DNA of 64,000 nucleotides from Methanomassiliicoccaceae archaeon (GCA_963728405.1 CAVSJV010000003.1:128001-192000), one strand, 5' to 3'; counted from the stretch's first letter, positions 23,748-33,495 are shown. A program made the numbers and translations. The notes: a model not told the origin generated them from the letters alone.

Positions 23748-24820
23748 TCCATCGTCCTGTTCTCCAGGGACGCTGGCCCCTCCAGGCGCACCCCGTCACC
23801 GAGGACCGTGTTGACCAACGATACCCCCGGGCCGATGAGACAGCCCTTACCGAGCAGGCTTCCCTCGATGGTGCAGCCATCCCCCAGGACGCAGTCGTCC
23901 ATCAGGAACGAGTCGGAGATTATCGTCTCACTACCGATGCCCACATTATCACCGATGGCACAGCTCGTGAGCAGCGTCTCCGCGCCGATGACCGCTCCCG
24001 TCCCTATATAGGCCGGCCCCCTGATCTCGCAACCATTGGCCTCAAAGGTGGTGGCCACGATCCGCCCCGAGCATTCCGCTCCCGGGACCTCCAGCGGCCG
24101 GCCCTTGCGGTCGGCCATCTTGAGATTGGCATCCAGCAGGTCCCTGGGCCGTCCGATGTCCTTCCACAGGCCAGAGAGGGCCGCGCCAAACAATCGTTCC
24201 CCCCGTTCTAAAAGTTTGGGAAAGAGCTGCTTTGAGAAGTCATACTTCTCCCCGGCCGGGATGTCCTCAAGGGCCCGGGCCTCGAGCACATAGATGCCCG
24301 CATTGATGAGGTTGGAGAACACCTCCTCGGTCTTGGGCTTCTCCTTGAACCGGACGATGCGGCCATCGTCGTCCAGACCAACGATACCGAACTCCTCCGG
24401 TCTTTCCACGGTGGTCAGGGCCATGGTCGCCAAGGCCTCCTTTTCATGATGCAGCGCTACAAGGGAACGCAGGTCCACGTCTGCCAGCACATCTCCACTC
24501 ACCACGACGATGGTGCCGGCGAGGTCCTTATGGAGCAGCTTGACCGCTCCGGCCGTCCCGGCCGGCTTGTCCTCGAAAGCGAACCTGAGGTCAAGGCCGA
24601 ACTGTTCGCCGCCCCCGAGAAAGTCTACCATGTCCTGTGAGCGGTAGCCACAGGTGAGAAATGCCGTTCCCACCCCGGCGTCCGCCAGCGAGCGGATGAC
24701 ATATTCTACACAAGGTTTTCCTAGAACGGGAAGGAGGGGCTTGGGCCGGGTGTTGGTCAAAGGTCGCAGCCTGGTCCCTTCCCCGCCGGCCAGGATGACC
24801 GCGGTGATCCCATCGCTCAT
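23729..24820 (-). CDS. NDP-sugar synthase (mannose-1-phosphate guanylyltransferase-like, NTP transferase + LbH)
   Basis: ILAGGEGTRLRPLT..RPKPL, GTAGA, FKEKP, INAGIY, WKDIG, hexapeptide repeats; GGAGGT RBS before ATG 24820. Confidence 0.9.
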   Translation of the reverse strand: MSDGITAVILAGGEGTRLRPLTNTRPKPLLPVLGKPCVEYVIRSLADAGVGTAFLTCGYRSQDMVDFLGGGEQFGLDLRFAFEDKPAGTAGAVKLLHKDLAGTIVVVSGDVLADVDLRSLVALHHEKEALATMALTTVERPEEFGIVGLDDDGRIVRFKEKPKTEEVFSNLINAGIYVLEARALEDIPAGEKYDFSKQLFPKLLERGERLFGAALSGLWKDIGRPRDLLDANLKMADRKGRPLEVPGAECSGRIVATTFEANGCEIRGPAYIGTGAVIGAETLLTSCAIGDNVGIGSETIISDSFLMDDCVLGDGCTIEGSLLGKGCLIGPGVSLVNTVLGDGVRLEGPASLENRTMESTTHE

Positions 24821-24859
24821 ATCCGGGACCTCCGTCCGGTCGTGCTGGGTGATGGGGAC

Positions 24860-24968
24860 GTTATCGTGAACAATCAGATTATGTCGGGCCATGTCAGTGT
24901 TAGATGGAGGTGGCAATATATTCGTTTTTCTCGACCGCTCATTCCGAGAGGCGAAAACATGTTATCGT
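24860..24968. repeat. 8-bp direct repeat GTTATCGT flanking a 93-bp segment
   Basis: Copies at 24860-24867 and 24961-24968. Confidence 0.6.
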
Positions 24969-25803
24969 CCTTCTTCGCCCCGATCGCCTCGGCCACCGGG
25001 CGGCATTTCGCCCTCATGAGGTAGACGATCGGCCGGAACCGTGAATCGGACAGCGACTCGAAGTTGGCCATGCCCTTCGAGACTATGAGGTCCGCCTCCT
25101 CCAGCTCCCTGCGCAGGCGATCCCCCAGGCCCTTTTCGTTGACACCGACCGCGAACATCCCGGTGGTCAGGACCTCATCGAACTCCTTGTCCACACCAGA
25201 CCGGCGGGCGTCCTCCATGGTGACATCGGTAAGGATCGGCTCGCCTTTCACTACACCGATGACCTTGGGGCCCAGGGTCCGAATCTCCCTGATCAGCAGG
25301 GCGTCCAGCACGTCCTCGCCACAGTTGTCCATCAGATACACGACCTTCTTGGCGCTGACGAGCCTCTGACGGACCTGAGATAGGTCGTTCACGTCCAATC
25401 CCTGCCGTACGATGGCGTCGAACTGCCGCAACAGCGCGGTCGGATCGTCCAGGCCGGCGATGCCAAAGTCCATGACGTTGCCAGCAATGGCTGCCAACGC
25501 CGCCGCCTCCAGACGGTTGGTCGACGTTTCCACCAAGCATTGGGCACGAGGGAAGATCTCCCGGGCGATCTCCTGGCTCTTTATCTTCAGGTCCAAATAA
25601 GGGTCGGCACAGCCCATGACCTGGTAGGCGCGCTGATGGACGCGGGTGGCGACCTCGGCCGAGTTGGCTCCCGGTTCGAAGCCTTCCTTGAGCACCTTGA
25701 GCGCGTCCTTCATTGCCGCCCCGCTCTTGCGCGGGTTGCACAGCTCGACCTCGAACAGCACGCGACCCAGCAAACAGGGGACGCATTCAGGAGCCATTTC
25801 CAT
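24874..25803 (-). CDS. DUF89/ARMT1-like damage-control phosphatase
   Basis: ECVPC, DPY, GNVMDFG, DNCGE, KGEPILTDVT, SKGMANFESL, AKC. Confidence 0.88.
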   Translation of the reverse strand: MEMAPECVPCLLGRVLFEVELCNPRKSGAAMKDALKVLKEGFEPGANSAEVATRVHQRAYQVMGCADPYLDLKIKSQEIAREIFPRAQCLVETSTNRLEAAALAAIAGNVMDFGIAGLDDPTALLRQFDAIVRQGLDVNDLSQVRQRLVSAKKVVYLMDNCGEDVLDALLIREIRTLGPKVIGVVKGEPILTDVTMEDARRSGVDKEFDEVLTTGMFAVGVNEKGLGDRLRRELEEADLIVSKGMANFESLSDSRFRPIVYLMRAKCRPVAEAIGAKKDDNMFSPLGMSGREKRIYCHLHLTLTWPDII

Positions 25804-25910
25804 GACCACAGGCAAGAGCTTCGTAAGGATTAGTCTTTCGCTATTGTCGACGGCATTCCGGGACAGAGAGTTCATATCATCTTTAGGCGTTCCGTCCAGA
25901 CAGGGATCGT

Positions 25911-28109
25911 GTGGTGGACTCTGTAACTCTTAGGGTAGCGAGCGCTCAGCATCAGTCAGAGGTAGGATTGGGCCGGGCCCGCATCGACACCAAGACCAGG
26001 AAGGAGCTCAACGTGGATATGGGCGACTTCATCGAGATCGTAGGAAAAAGGAAGACCGCGGCCAAGGTGTTCCGGGCCTCCAATGAGGACGAGGGCAGGG
26101 AGATCATCTCCATTGATGGCATGATCCGCTCCAATGCTGGTGTGAGCATCGGGGAGAAAGTCACCGTAGCGAAGGCAGACACCCAGCCGGCAGTGAAGAT
26201 CGTCGTGGCACCCAAGATCCCTCCCGGAAAGAGAGTTCGCTTCGGCCAAGGGGTCGAGGAGCTGTTCAAGAAGGGACTGGCCAATCGGCCTCTAGTGAAG
26301 GGCGATGCCATCATCATCCCCAACATCGCGCTCATGGGCGGCTTCCTGCCCTTCATGGTCATCAGCACACAGCCAGCATCCGTCGTCGTCGTGGGCGGGC
26401 ATACCGAGCTGGTGGTCAAGACCGAACCGATGGAGGAGACTGAGGCAGCTACGACGTCGGTCACGTACGACGACGTAGGCGGTCTGGAGGACGAGCTGAA
26501 GCGGGTACGAGAGATCATCGAGCTACCACTCAAGCACCCCGAGCTGTTCGATCGCCTGGGCATCGACGCCCCCAAGGGCGTGCTGCTGTACGGCCCTCCA
26601 GGCACCGGCAAGACGCTCATCGCTAAGGCGGTGGCCAGTGAATCGGGTGCCAACTTCTATTCGATCCAGGGCCCCGAGATCATGTCCAAGTACTATGGAC
26701 AGAGCGAAGAAAAGCTTCGGGAGAAGTTCGAGGAGGCCGAGAAGACCGCACCCTCCATCATCTTCATCGACGAGATCGATTCCATCGCCCCCAAGCGAGA
26801 GGAGGTCATGGGCGAGACCGAGCGAAGGGTGGTCGCCCAGCTGCTCACCCTTATGGACGGACTAGGGGGCCGGGGGCAGGTCATCGTCATCGGAGCCACC
26901 AACCGGGAGGACGCCCTTGACCCGGCGCTGCGCCGCCCGGGCCGCTTCGACCGGGAGATCGAGATAGGAGTACCGAGCCTCAAAGGCCGGATGGAGATCA
27001 TGCAGATCCACACCAGGGGCATGCCCCTGGCCGTGGATGTGGAACTGGACACGCTCGCGAAGTCCACCCATGGATACGTGGGAGCGGACCTGGCCTCCCT
27101 GGCGAGGGAGGCGGCGATGAAGTGCCTGGGACGCTACGTCCCCGAGTTCGAGCTGGACAAACCCATCCCTCCGCAGGTCCTGGAGACCATGAGGGTCACC
27201 AACTCGGACTTCAAGGATGCGCTGAGGGAGGTAGAGCCATCGGCCATGAGGGAAGTGGCGGTAGAGATCCCCAACGTGGCCTGGGGGGATGTAGGCGGGC
27301 TGGAAGACATAAAAAGGCTGCTCAAAGAGATGATCGAGCTACCGCTCCAGGACCCTCAGTGCTTCAAGCGCCTGGGCATCAAGCCGGGCCGTGGAGTGCT
27401 GCTGTACGGCCCTCCAGGCACCGGCAAGACGCTGCTGGCCCGGGCGGTCGCCAACGAATGCAAGGTCAACTTCATCAATGTCAAAGGCCCCGAAATAATG
27501 TCCAAGTGGGTCGGGGAGTCGGAGAAGGCCATCCGCCAGATCTTCAAGAAGGCCAAGCAGGTGGCTCCGGCCATAGTGTTCCTCGACGAGATCGACGCCA
27601 TCGCCCCCCGCAGGGGCATGGTGAACGACTCCAATGTGACCGAGCGGGTGGTGAACCAGCTCCTCACCTCCATGGACGGCTTCGAGTCCCTGGACCGGGT
27701 GACGGTCATGGCCGCGACGAACCGCCCGGACATCGTGGACCCGGCGCTATTGCGGCCGGGACGGTTCGACCGGCTTGCTCTTGTCCCCGTTCCCGACGCT
27801 ACGGCCCGGGCGAGCATTATTGCCATCAATACCAGGGACATGCCCCTGGACGGAGTGGACCTCGATGCCATTGTGGCCCGCACCGATGGCTTCGTGGGGG
27901 CCGACCTCGAGGCACTGTGTCGGGAGGCGGCGCTCATCGCGATGCGCGAGGCCCGGGACGCGGACAAGATCCATATGAAGCACTTCGAGGCAGCGCTCAA
28001 GATCATCAGGCCATCGTCCAGCAAGGACGTCATGAAGTGGTATGAGGACTTCGCTCACTCCATGGAGCGCGTCGCCCCCAAGTGGAAGGACCCCGGGGTG
28101 TACCGGTAG
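25911..28109 (+). CDS. cdc48: CDC48/VAT family AAA+ ATPase
   Basis: N-domain plus two AAA modules (GPPGTGKT twice, DEID twice, [10 protein letters not shown] / [10 protein letters not shown]); C-terminal VYR. Confidence 0.97.
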   Translation: MVDSVTLRVASAQHQSEVGLGRARIDTKTRKELNVDMGDFIEIVGKRKTAAKVFRASNEDEGREIISIDGMIRSNAGVSIGEKVTVAKADTQPAVKIVVAPKIPPGKRVRFGQGVEELFKKGLANRPLVKGDAIIIPNIALMGGFLPFMVISTQPASVVVVGGHTELVVKTEPMEETEAATTSVTYDDVGGLEDELKRVREIIELPLKHPELFDRLGIDAPKGVLLYGPPGTGKTLIAKAVASESGANFYSIQGPEIMSKYYGQSEEKLREKFEEAEKTAPSIIFIDEIDSIAPKREEVMGETERRVVAQLLTLMDGLGGRGQVIVIGATNREDALDPALRRPGRFDREIEIGVPSLKGRMEIMQIHTRGMPLAVDVELDTLAKSTHGYVGADLASLAREAAMKCLGRYVPEFELDKPIPPQVLETMRVTNSDFKDALREVEPSAMREVAVEIPNVAWGDVGGLEDIKRLLKEMIELPLQDPQCFKRLGIKPGRGVLLYGPPGTGKTLLARAVANECKVNFINVKGPEIMSKWVGESEKAIRQIFKKAKQVAPAIVFLDEIDAIAPRRGMVNDSNVTERVVNQLLTSMDGFESLDRVTVMAATNRPDIVDPALLRPGRFDRLALVPVPDATARASIIAINTRDMPLDGVDLDAIVARTDGFVGADLEALCREAALIAMREARDADKIHMKHFEAALKIIRPSSSKDVMKWYEDFAHSMERVAPKWKDPGVYR

Positions 28110-28229
28110 GGACGCACACATGAGGGGAAGCAACTCCGGCGATTTACCAACGACTTCACGGGCATGGAACCGGGGCCGATAGATCATCTCTCCGGCTGCG
28201 TCCTTGCATATCTAGATGCATAGTGGTAC

Positions 28230-28823
28230 AAGAAGAAGAATGCCCCGATGAGGGCTGCCAGCTAGGTCAGGTCGATGGCGATCGAATTCAGGCCCATGCT
28301 CATCTCTCTGGTCGTGCGATATGCGCCCTCGATAAGTGGGTAGCTCTCCTGTGTAGCGGGTACGTACGTGTAATTATATTAATCGAAGATAGTGCCCGAT
28401 TAGTATTTGGTGATATACGTCCCGGGGTCCACGATCTTGCCGGAGAGGGCGTATTGGCCCTCCAGGTACATCACGCCCGAATATTTACCTCTACGATGTA
28501 CTCTGTGCTGGTCACGTCAATGACCTCGAACAGGAGGCTGAGCGATAGCCTACTCTTGAATTCTGACGTGTTGTCACACGTCCACATGTCCGTAATGATT
28601 ATGCTGTCCTCGGACGTGCCCATGGTGTCCATGAACAGATTTTCCATGACCCGCATACCTCGCCGAGGTCCTTTTCCCCCCGCCAAGGCCCACTTCTGGC
28701 CCATTTCCCAGGTTAGAATTGATGTCTGTGCGGTGTCGCTGCAGATGGGTAACAGCCCTGCCAGCAGCATCAATGCCACTGCAACGGTGCCAAGCGCCCC
28801 TTTGGTCTACCCAATTATTTCAT
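28230..28823 (-). pseudogene. Decayed secreted-protein gene fragment
   Basis: Signal-peptide-like start and TWEMGQKWAL...FEVIDVTSTEYIVEV; disrupted downstream. Confidence 0.35.
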
Positions 28824-28859
28824 AGTTCTTATTATACATTTATTGGCAGATTGGATCCG

Positions 28860-28943
28860 CCCCGCGCTTACCTGGCCAATTACAGAACGATGTGCGGGTA
28901 GACTCTGGAGTTCTAGGCGTACTCGCCCCCCGCGTCGATGTTT
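28860..28943 (-). repeat. Diverged copy of the 3' end of the RimK gene
   Basis: CTCGCCCCCCGCGTCGATGTT shared with about 30076-30096; translates NIDAGGEYA*NSRVYPHIVL versus NIDAGGEDAKNPEVYQRIVR. Confidence 0.75.
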
Positions 28944-28994
28944 GAGCTGAGCCCCCCCAAGTGATAGGGGACCGAAGCATTACGGTAGAGTAAC

Positions 28995-29942
28995 TTAGGC
29001 GCCCCAGCCAAGACCAGCCCACATGAGGCCGTTCTCCCTGTACATCGGCCCCGGTGGCCCTCCCGTCCCCAGAAGGTTCCCCCACGCCGCCGTCTCTCCC
29101 CAAGACCCCTGGAACTGTAGCCAGGACGGGGATATCGTGCCGTTAGCCTCCTGGCCGATGGGCACCAGACGGTAATCCGATGGCCACAGCACTTCTCCCC
29201 GGCCGTCCGCCCGGTCCCCCGGGGCACGCAGGGCGTCCGACGGCAGGTAATGAGCATGGCTTCCGGCAGCGACCCGAATGACCGGGTGGGTACCCACCAG
29301 GTCCACCTCCGCCAAGCTTGCCCAGGGCGTCCGGGACCCTTCGTGATGTCTGCTCAAGGTCAATGACAGGGGGTCCAATTCCTTGCGATCCAGGATAACC
29401 TGGACCATCTCCCAGTCTCCCTCGTGGGAATTATACGTTCCCTGGTTGAAGACGTAAAAGAGCCAATATTGGATTATGACCGCTCCCTCCCTCTCAGCGG
29501 TCCGGACGTAGACCGTTTGCCCCACATCGCCCCGGTCGAGTTCGTATATCCCGATAGCACCACCATCGTTCCTGGTGCCACCGGAATGGTCAAGATAATA
29601 GCCTGTGGAGAAGGCCCCTCCCAGATCTTCCGGACTTGGATGTTCGACGCTCCTACCCGAAAGGACGCCCATCAGCCGGCAGTGGCCGATGAAGTACTCG
29701 ACATCCACGGGAAAGGTCCTCTCCCCGCCGGAGAACGAAAAGACCGGAGAATACATATCCTCCATCGCGGCCCGCTCCTCCTGGGTCAGCGATGGGGTCG
29801 GCGGAGAAGAGGTTACGGCAGTGGTTCTGCCCATAGACGGGGCCAGCATTCCAGCCCCTAACAAAATGGAGAGCACGAGCGCTATGGCGAGAAAACGGAG
29901 CGTTCGGCGAGGGCTCGGTCCCTCTACCTCAAGTATGGACAT
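28995..29942 (-). CDS. Secreted or membrane-anchored Vps62-related protein
   Basis: N-terminal TM; YSPVFSF..GE.TFP, IQYWLFYVFN, HEGDWE, HPV...GSHAHY, WLQFQGSWG, GPPGP. Confidence 0.75.
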   Translation of the reverse strand: MSILEVEGPSPRRTLRFLAIALVLSILLGAGMLAPSMGRTTAVTSSPPTPSLTQEERAAMEDMYSPVFSFSGGERTFPVDVEYFIGHCRLMGVLSGRSVEHPSPEDLGGAFSTGYYLDHSGGTRNDGGAIGIYELDRGDVGQTVYVRTAEREGAVIIQYWLFYVFNQGTYNSHEGDWEMVQVILDRKELDPLSLTLSRHHEGSRTPWASLAEVDLVGTHPVIRVAAGSHAHYLPSDALRAPGDRADGRGEVLWPSDYRLVPIGQEANGTISPSWLQFQGSWGETAAWGNLLGTGGPPGPMYRENGLMWAGLGWGA

Positions 29943-30015
29943 CGCTAGGCGCTTCCCGGGTGCTTCGAACAGCGGTTCCCCGGTATAAAATGTCCTCCAA
30001 TACCAAGAAGCGACC

Positions 30016-30894
30016 TTAGGCCTCGCCGGCCAGGTATCGGACGATACGCTGGTAGACCTCTGGGTTCTTGGCATCCTCGCCCCCCGCGTCGATGTTGGGA
30101 TTATCGTTGACCTCGATGACGATGAACTCGCCGTCAACCTCCTTGAGATCGACACCGTAGAGGCCCCTGCCGATGGCATTGGCCGCTTTCAGCCCGACCT
30201 CGATTAGCTTGGGGTTCACCGTGACCAGGTCCACCGCCTCGATCTTTGCCCAGACGATATGGCCATTATCGTTACGCTGGATCTTCCACGAATCACCGGG
30301 CATGACGTACTTGCAGACGAACAGCACCTCGCCGTTGAGCGTCGTCACTCGCCAGTCGAAGCGGGATGGGACGAACCTCTGGACCACGATCTCGTCCGCC
30401 CTTCGATAATACTTCTTGGCGACCTCCTGGAAGGCGCGCACGCTCTCGACCTTATCCACATGCATCGAGAACGATGTGTGCGGCGCTTTCAGGATCAGGG
30501 GGCTCCCCAGCTCCTCGAACAACTGCTCGATCGTCCCCTTGTCGATCTCCCTCTTTCCCACGAACCGGGTCTCCGGAATAGGGACATTGGCTCGCATCAA
30601 ATGGAGGTACATGTTGATCTTGTCGCAGCAGACGATAATGGAGTTCGGATCGTCGATGACCGTCATGCCGTGCAGCTCCGCGGTCCTCGCCGCCACATAG
30701 GCCGCGTTGAGCGGATCGGTGAGCGACCGGATGAACAGGGCGTCGTAGGACGGTATCTTGGCTATATCGTAGCGGAACACATACTCGAGCTGGTGGCCGA
30801 GCTGATGGGCAGCCAGTTTGAAGTTGACCAGGGCGGTGAGCTCCTCAGCCCGGGAGATCGTGTACCGTTCCACGAAGCAAGCTATATTTGCCAT
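30016..30894 (-). CDS. RimK-family ATP-grasp ligase
   Basis: YDALFIRSLT, IDDP.SI..CCDK, PLILKAP..SFS, FDWRV, GLYGVDLK, IEVNDNPNID. Confidence 0.9.
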   Translation of the reverse strand: MANIACFVERYTISRAEELTALVNFKLAAHQLGHQLEYVFRYDIAKIPSYDALFIRSLTDPLNAAYVAARTAELHGMTVIDDPNSIIVCCDKINMYLHLMRANVPIPETRFVGKREIDKGTIEQLFEELGSPLILKAPHTSFSMHVDKVESVRAFQEVAKKYYRRADEIVVQRFVPSRFDWRVTTLNGEVLFVCKYVMPGDSWKIQRNDNGHIVWAKIEAVDLVTVNPKLIEVGLKAANAIGRGLYGVDLKEVDGEFIVIEVNDNPNIDAGGEDAKNPEVYQRIVRYLAGEA

Positions 30895-31487
30895 TCGTTC
30901 GCCTTCCTGAGAAGCTTCAGTTCCTTGGACCCCAGTTCGTGCAAGGGCAGGGGCTCGATGGCGCTGAGCATGATCTTGCCGTCCTCGATGACCCTCAGAT
31001 TGCAGATGGGCAGGTGGAACAGTTCCCACACCTTGCTGGCCATGTACTGGACCTCGTCGCAGGTGGTGGTGCCCATGATGCACTTGTATTCCCGGATGGC
31101 GACATCATCGGTGATCTTCTGCACACAGATGGCGTACTTGAAGTTCCGGGTCATGGACTTGGCTATTCTCTTCACGTGACCCGCCTTATAGACCACGCTA
31201 TGCCTCTTCATGAACGGATTTATGGGATAGACGATGCAGGGAGGTTCGAAAATATCGTTCGTGATGTAGTAATCAGGTATCGGTATGTTGGCCGCCCTGG
31301 CCCGCTCCATGCATAGAGGTACGATATAGGCATCCAGTGATTCCTTGATCGTGGGATAGACCTTTACCCCGGCTATCTCGGCCTCCACGCTCCCGTAGTG
31401 GCCCTCGCTCATGTACCGATAATCACCAAGAATGTTGACGAAGGCGCTCCCGTTCTCATGGGCGGACCATTTTTCGCGTCCTATCAA
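30882..31487 (-). CDS. RimK-like ATP-grasp N-terminal (RLAN) domain protein
   Basis: VNILGDYRYMSEGHYGSVEAE...VYPT motif; overlaps the RimK start. Confidence 0.75.
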   Translation of the reverse strand: MIGREKWSAHENGSAFVNILGDYRYMSEGHYGSVEAEIAGVKVYPTIKESLDAYIVPLCMERARAANIPIPDYYITNDIFEPPCIVYPINPFMKRHSVVYKAGHVKRIAKSMTRNFKYAICVQKITDDVAIREYKCIMGTTTCDEVQYMASKVWELFHLPICNLRVIEDGKIMLSAIEPLPLHELGSKELKLLRKANEWQI

Positions 31488-31799
31488 ACTATGACCAACT
31501 CGTCAGGACGATGTAATGCCAATGGAGTAATAAAGCTTGCTTTATCGATTTCTCTGTGGCTGATTCCAAGGGCAAATGGTGAGTGGTCTCATGGTCTGCT
31601 TCCCTGATGATTCATTCACGCAGGACCAGCATGAGTGATGACCGGCCCATGGGTCGGTCCGCGACCCGGGCTCATTTTGATCATAATAAAGAGGGCTGGA
31701 CCGAGGCCTTCTCGCTCACAACCTGGAAAGATCAAGGCTTAAATTAATGAGGATTATGCCTCGCCAATTGCCATGTACTGGCAGGGAACCTCGATTAGT

Positions 31800-33118
31800 G
31801 TGAACTACCCCTCTGACGGAGCTTCTTGCTTCAACCACCCAACATGCGCCAGACCCGCTGGTCCGCGTAGAGGTCGAATGTCCACAAGCGTGAGTTCCGG
31901 TCGTTCCGACCGTACCTTCTCAATACCCTTATTGAGTATATTGATGGAAGCGTTATGGTCACGCGATAGCGACAGACCACAGAATGGACATTCGTGTCGT
32001 CTGTCGCTAAGTGATTTTGGAACCGGTTTACCGCAGCCAGAGCAATCGATGCTCGTGTTCCTCGGGTCGACTTGAACGAACAGCTTACCAGCGTTTTCAG
32101 CTTTGTAAGCTAGTTTTTGGTTCAGTGAGCTCCAAGACGCATCGGATATACTTCTAGCCAGTCTATGGTTCTTGACCAAATTTCCTGGTTGCAGTTTCTC
32201 GGTGACGATGAGATCGTAGTTATTAACATACTCTCTCGATAGTTTGTGCTGAAAGTCGTTTCTCTGGTTCTGAACTCTTTCGTATTGTCTTGCTACAATT
32301 ATCCGCTTCTTCTCCCTGTTTTTAGATCCTTTCTGCTTCCTGCTCAATCGTCGTTGCTCTTTTCTCAGTTTCTTCAGCGCTTGCTTTAGGTGTCGAGGAT
32401 TCTCGACCTCGTGGCCTCCGCTGTCGACGATATAATGCTCCAGGCCGACATCGAGACCTACTGCTTTTTCGATATCAATGATGTCGAAGTCACTTGAGCC
32501 GTTGTCGACGATGATGTATGCATACCACTTACCGGACGGCATGTGCTTGATCGTCACCTGCTTGATCTCGCCTTCGATCGGACGATGCAATCGTATCGGA
32601 ATATCGCCAATCTTCGATAGATGCAACAGACCGAACTTGTCGTTCTTAGGCAGCAAATTAAATCCTGACTGATTGAAAGTGAAGCTCCTGAAACTGTGCT
32701 CGCTCTTAAATCGTAGATTGCCTACCTTGCGACCACGCTTCTTCATCTCCCTTAGTGCGGCGAGGTTAGCGAAAAGGTGTACGACTTCATATTGGAGCGT
32801 CTTTGCATAAACAGTTTCCAAATCCTTGTCGGTCTTCTTCCAGATCGGCAGCAGAGATTGCAACGTTGGTCGATTATGCTCGCCGCCGTTGTACGTTTCC
32901 AGTAAAAGATTATAAGTGTACTGACAAACTCCTTTGACCCATAACAGCTTCCGCTCATCCTCTTTGTTGGGGTGGATACGGAATTTATAGGCGAACGTGT
33001 CAGAGCACCGATATTCTTGACGACATTCCTATATAAACGTCGAACGGGGAGGTGGCCGAAAGTGCTAGTGCTCGCTCTCATCCCCCAGCTATCGCAGGGG
33101 ACTTCCCGCTCGAATATG
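31800..33118 (-). mobile_element. TnpB-only IS200/IS605 (IS1341-like) element with both ends
   Basis: Minus strand: TTTAA (33119-33123), then left-end hairpin CCCC-TGCGATAGCT-GGGG, TATA-like TTTATATA, tnpB, and right end ...GAGGGGTAGTTCAC ending at 31800; no tnpA. Confidence 0.75.
31805..33008 (-). CDS. tnpB: TnpB RNA-guided endonuclease (apparent 1-nt frameshift right after the start codon)
   Basis: In-frame upstream TFAYKFRIHP HTH; GLDVG, VTEKL, DPRNTSIDCSGCG, CPFCG, RDHNASINI. Confidence 0.92.
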
Positions 33119-33178
33119 TTAAATAAGGATAACTTGTTCCATGGTAAGTCAGATTCATCTTCATAAGAGGGTACTGGG

Positions 33179-33424
33179 ATGAGAAAGTTCATAACTGAGC
33201 TCAAGGGAAAAACCGTCATGACCAACGATGGTCAGATCCTCGGCATGATCGAGAACTTCTTGGTGAACACTTCAACCGGAGACATCCAGAACGTGCTGGT
33301 GGTCCCGGCCGAAGAGGTGGAGACCCGCCTGTACAAGACCGATGCCCAGGGCCGTCTGGTGCTGCCGTTCAGCGAGATGAAGGCGGTACGCGACGTCGTG
33401 GTCATGTCCGTCTCCAACGCATAA
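33179..33424 (+). CDS. PRC-barrel domain protein
   Basis: ELKGKTVMTNDGQILG...LPFSEMKAVRDVVVM. Confidence 0.85.
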   Translation: MRKFITELKGKTVMTNDGQILGMIENFLVNTSTGDIQNVLVVPAEEVETRLYKTDAQGRLVLPFSEMKAVRDVVVMSVSNA

Positions 33425-33440
33425 ACATCTTCATTCGACA

Positions 33441-33478
33441 AAGGGTCCCAAGGGCCCCTTCCTAGTTTTTCATCTTTC
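33441..33478 (+). terminator. Putative terminator (hairpin plus T-rich tract)
   Basis: AAGGGTCCC-AA-GGGCCCCTT followed by T-rich run after the PRC gene. Confidence 0.45.
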
Positions 33479-33495
33479 TGAGGCCAGCGACAGCT

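Noticed and set aside
25952-28045. Long antisense and alternate-frame ORFs over CDC48, and similar ones over other GC-rich genes
   Set aside because: Shadow ORFs from high GC3 codon bias; no motifs
31600-31645. C/D box sRNA (TGATGA motifs)
   Set aside because: No properly spaced downstream CTGA D box or terminal stem
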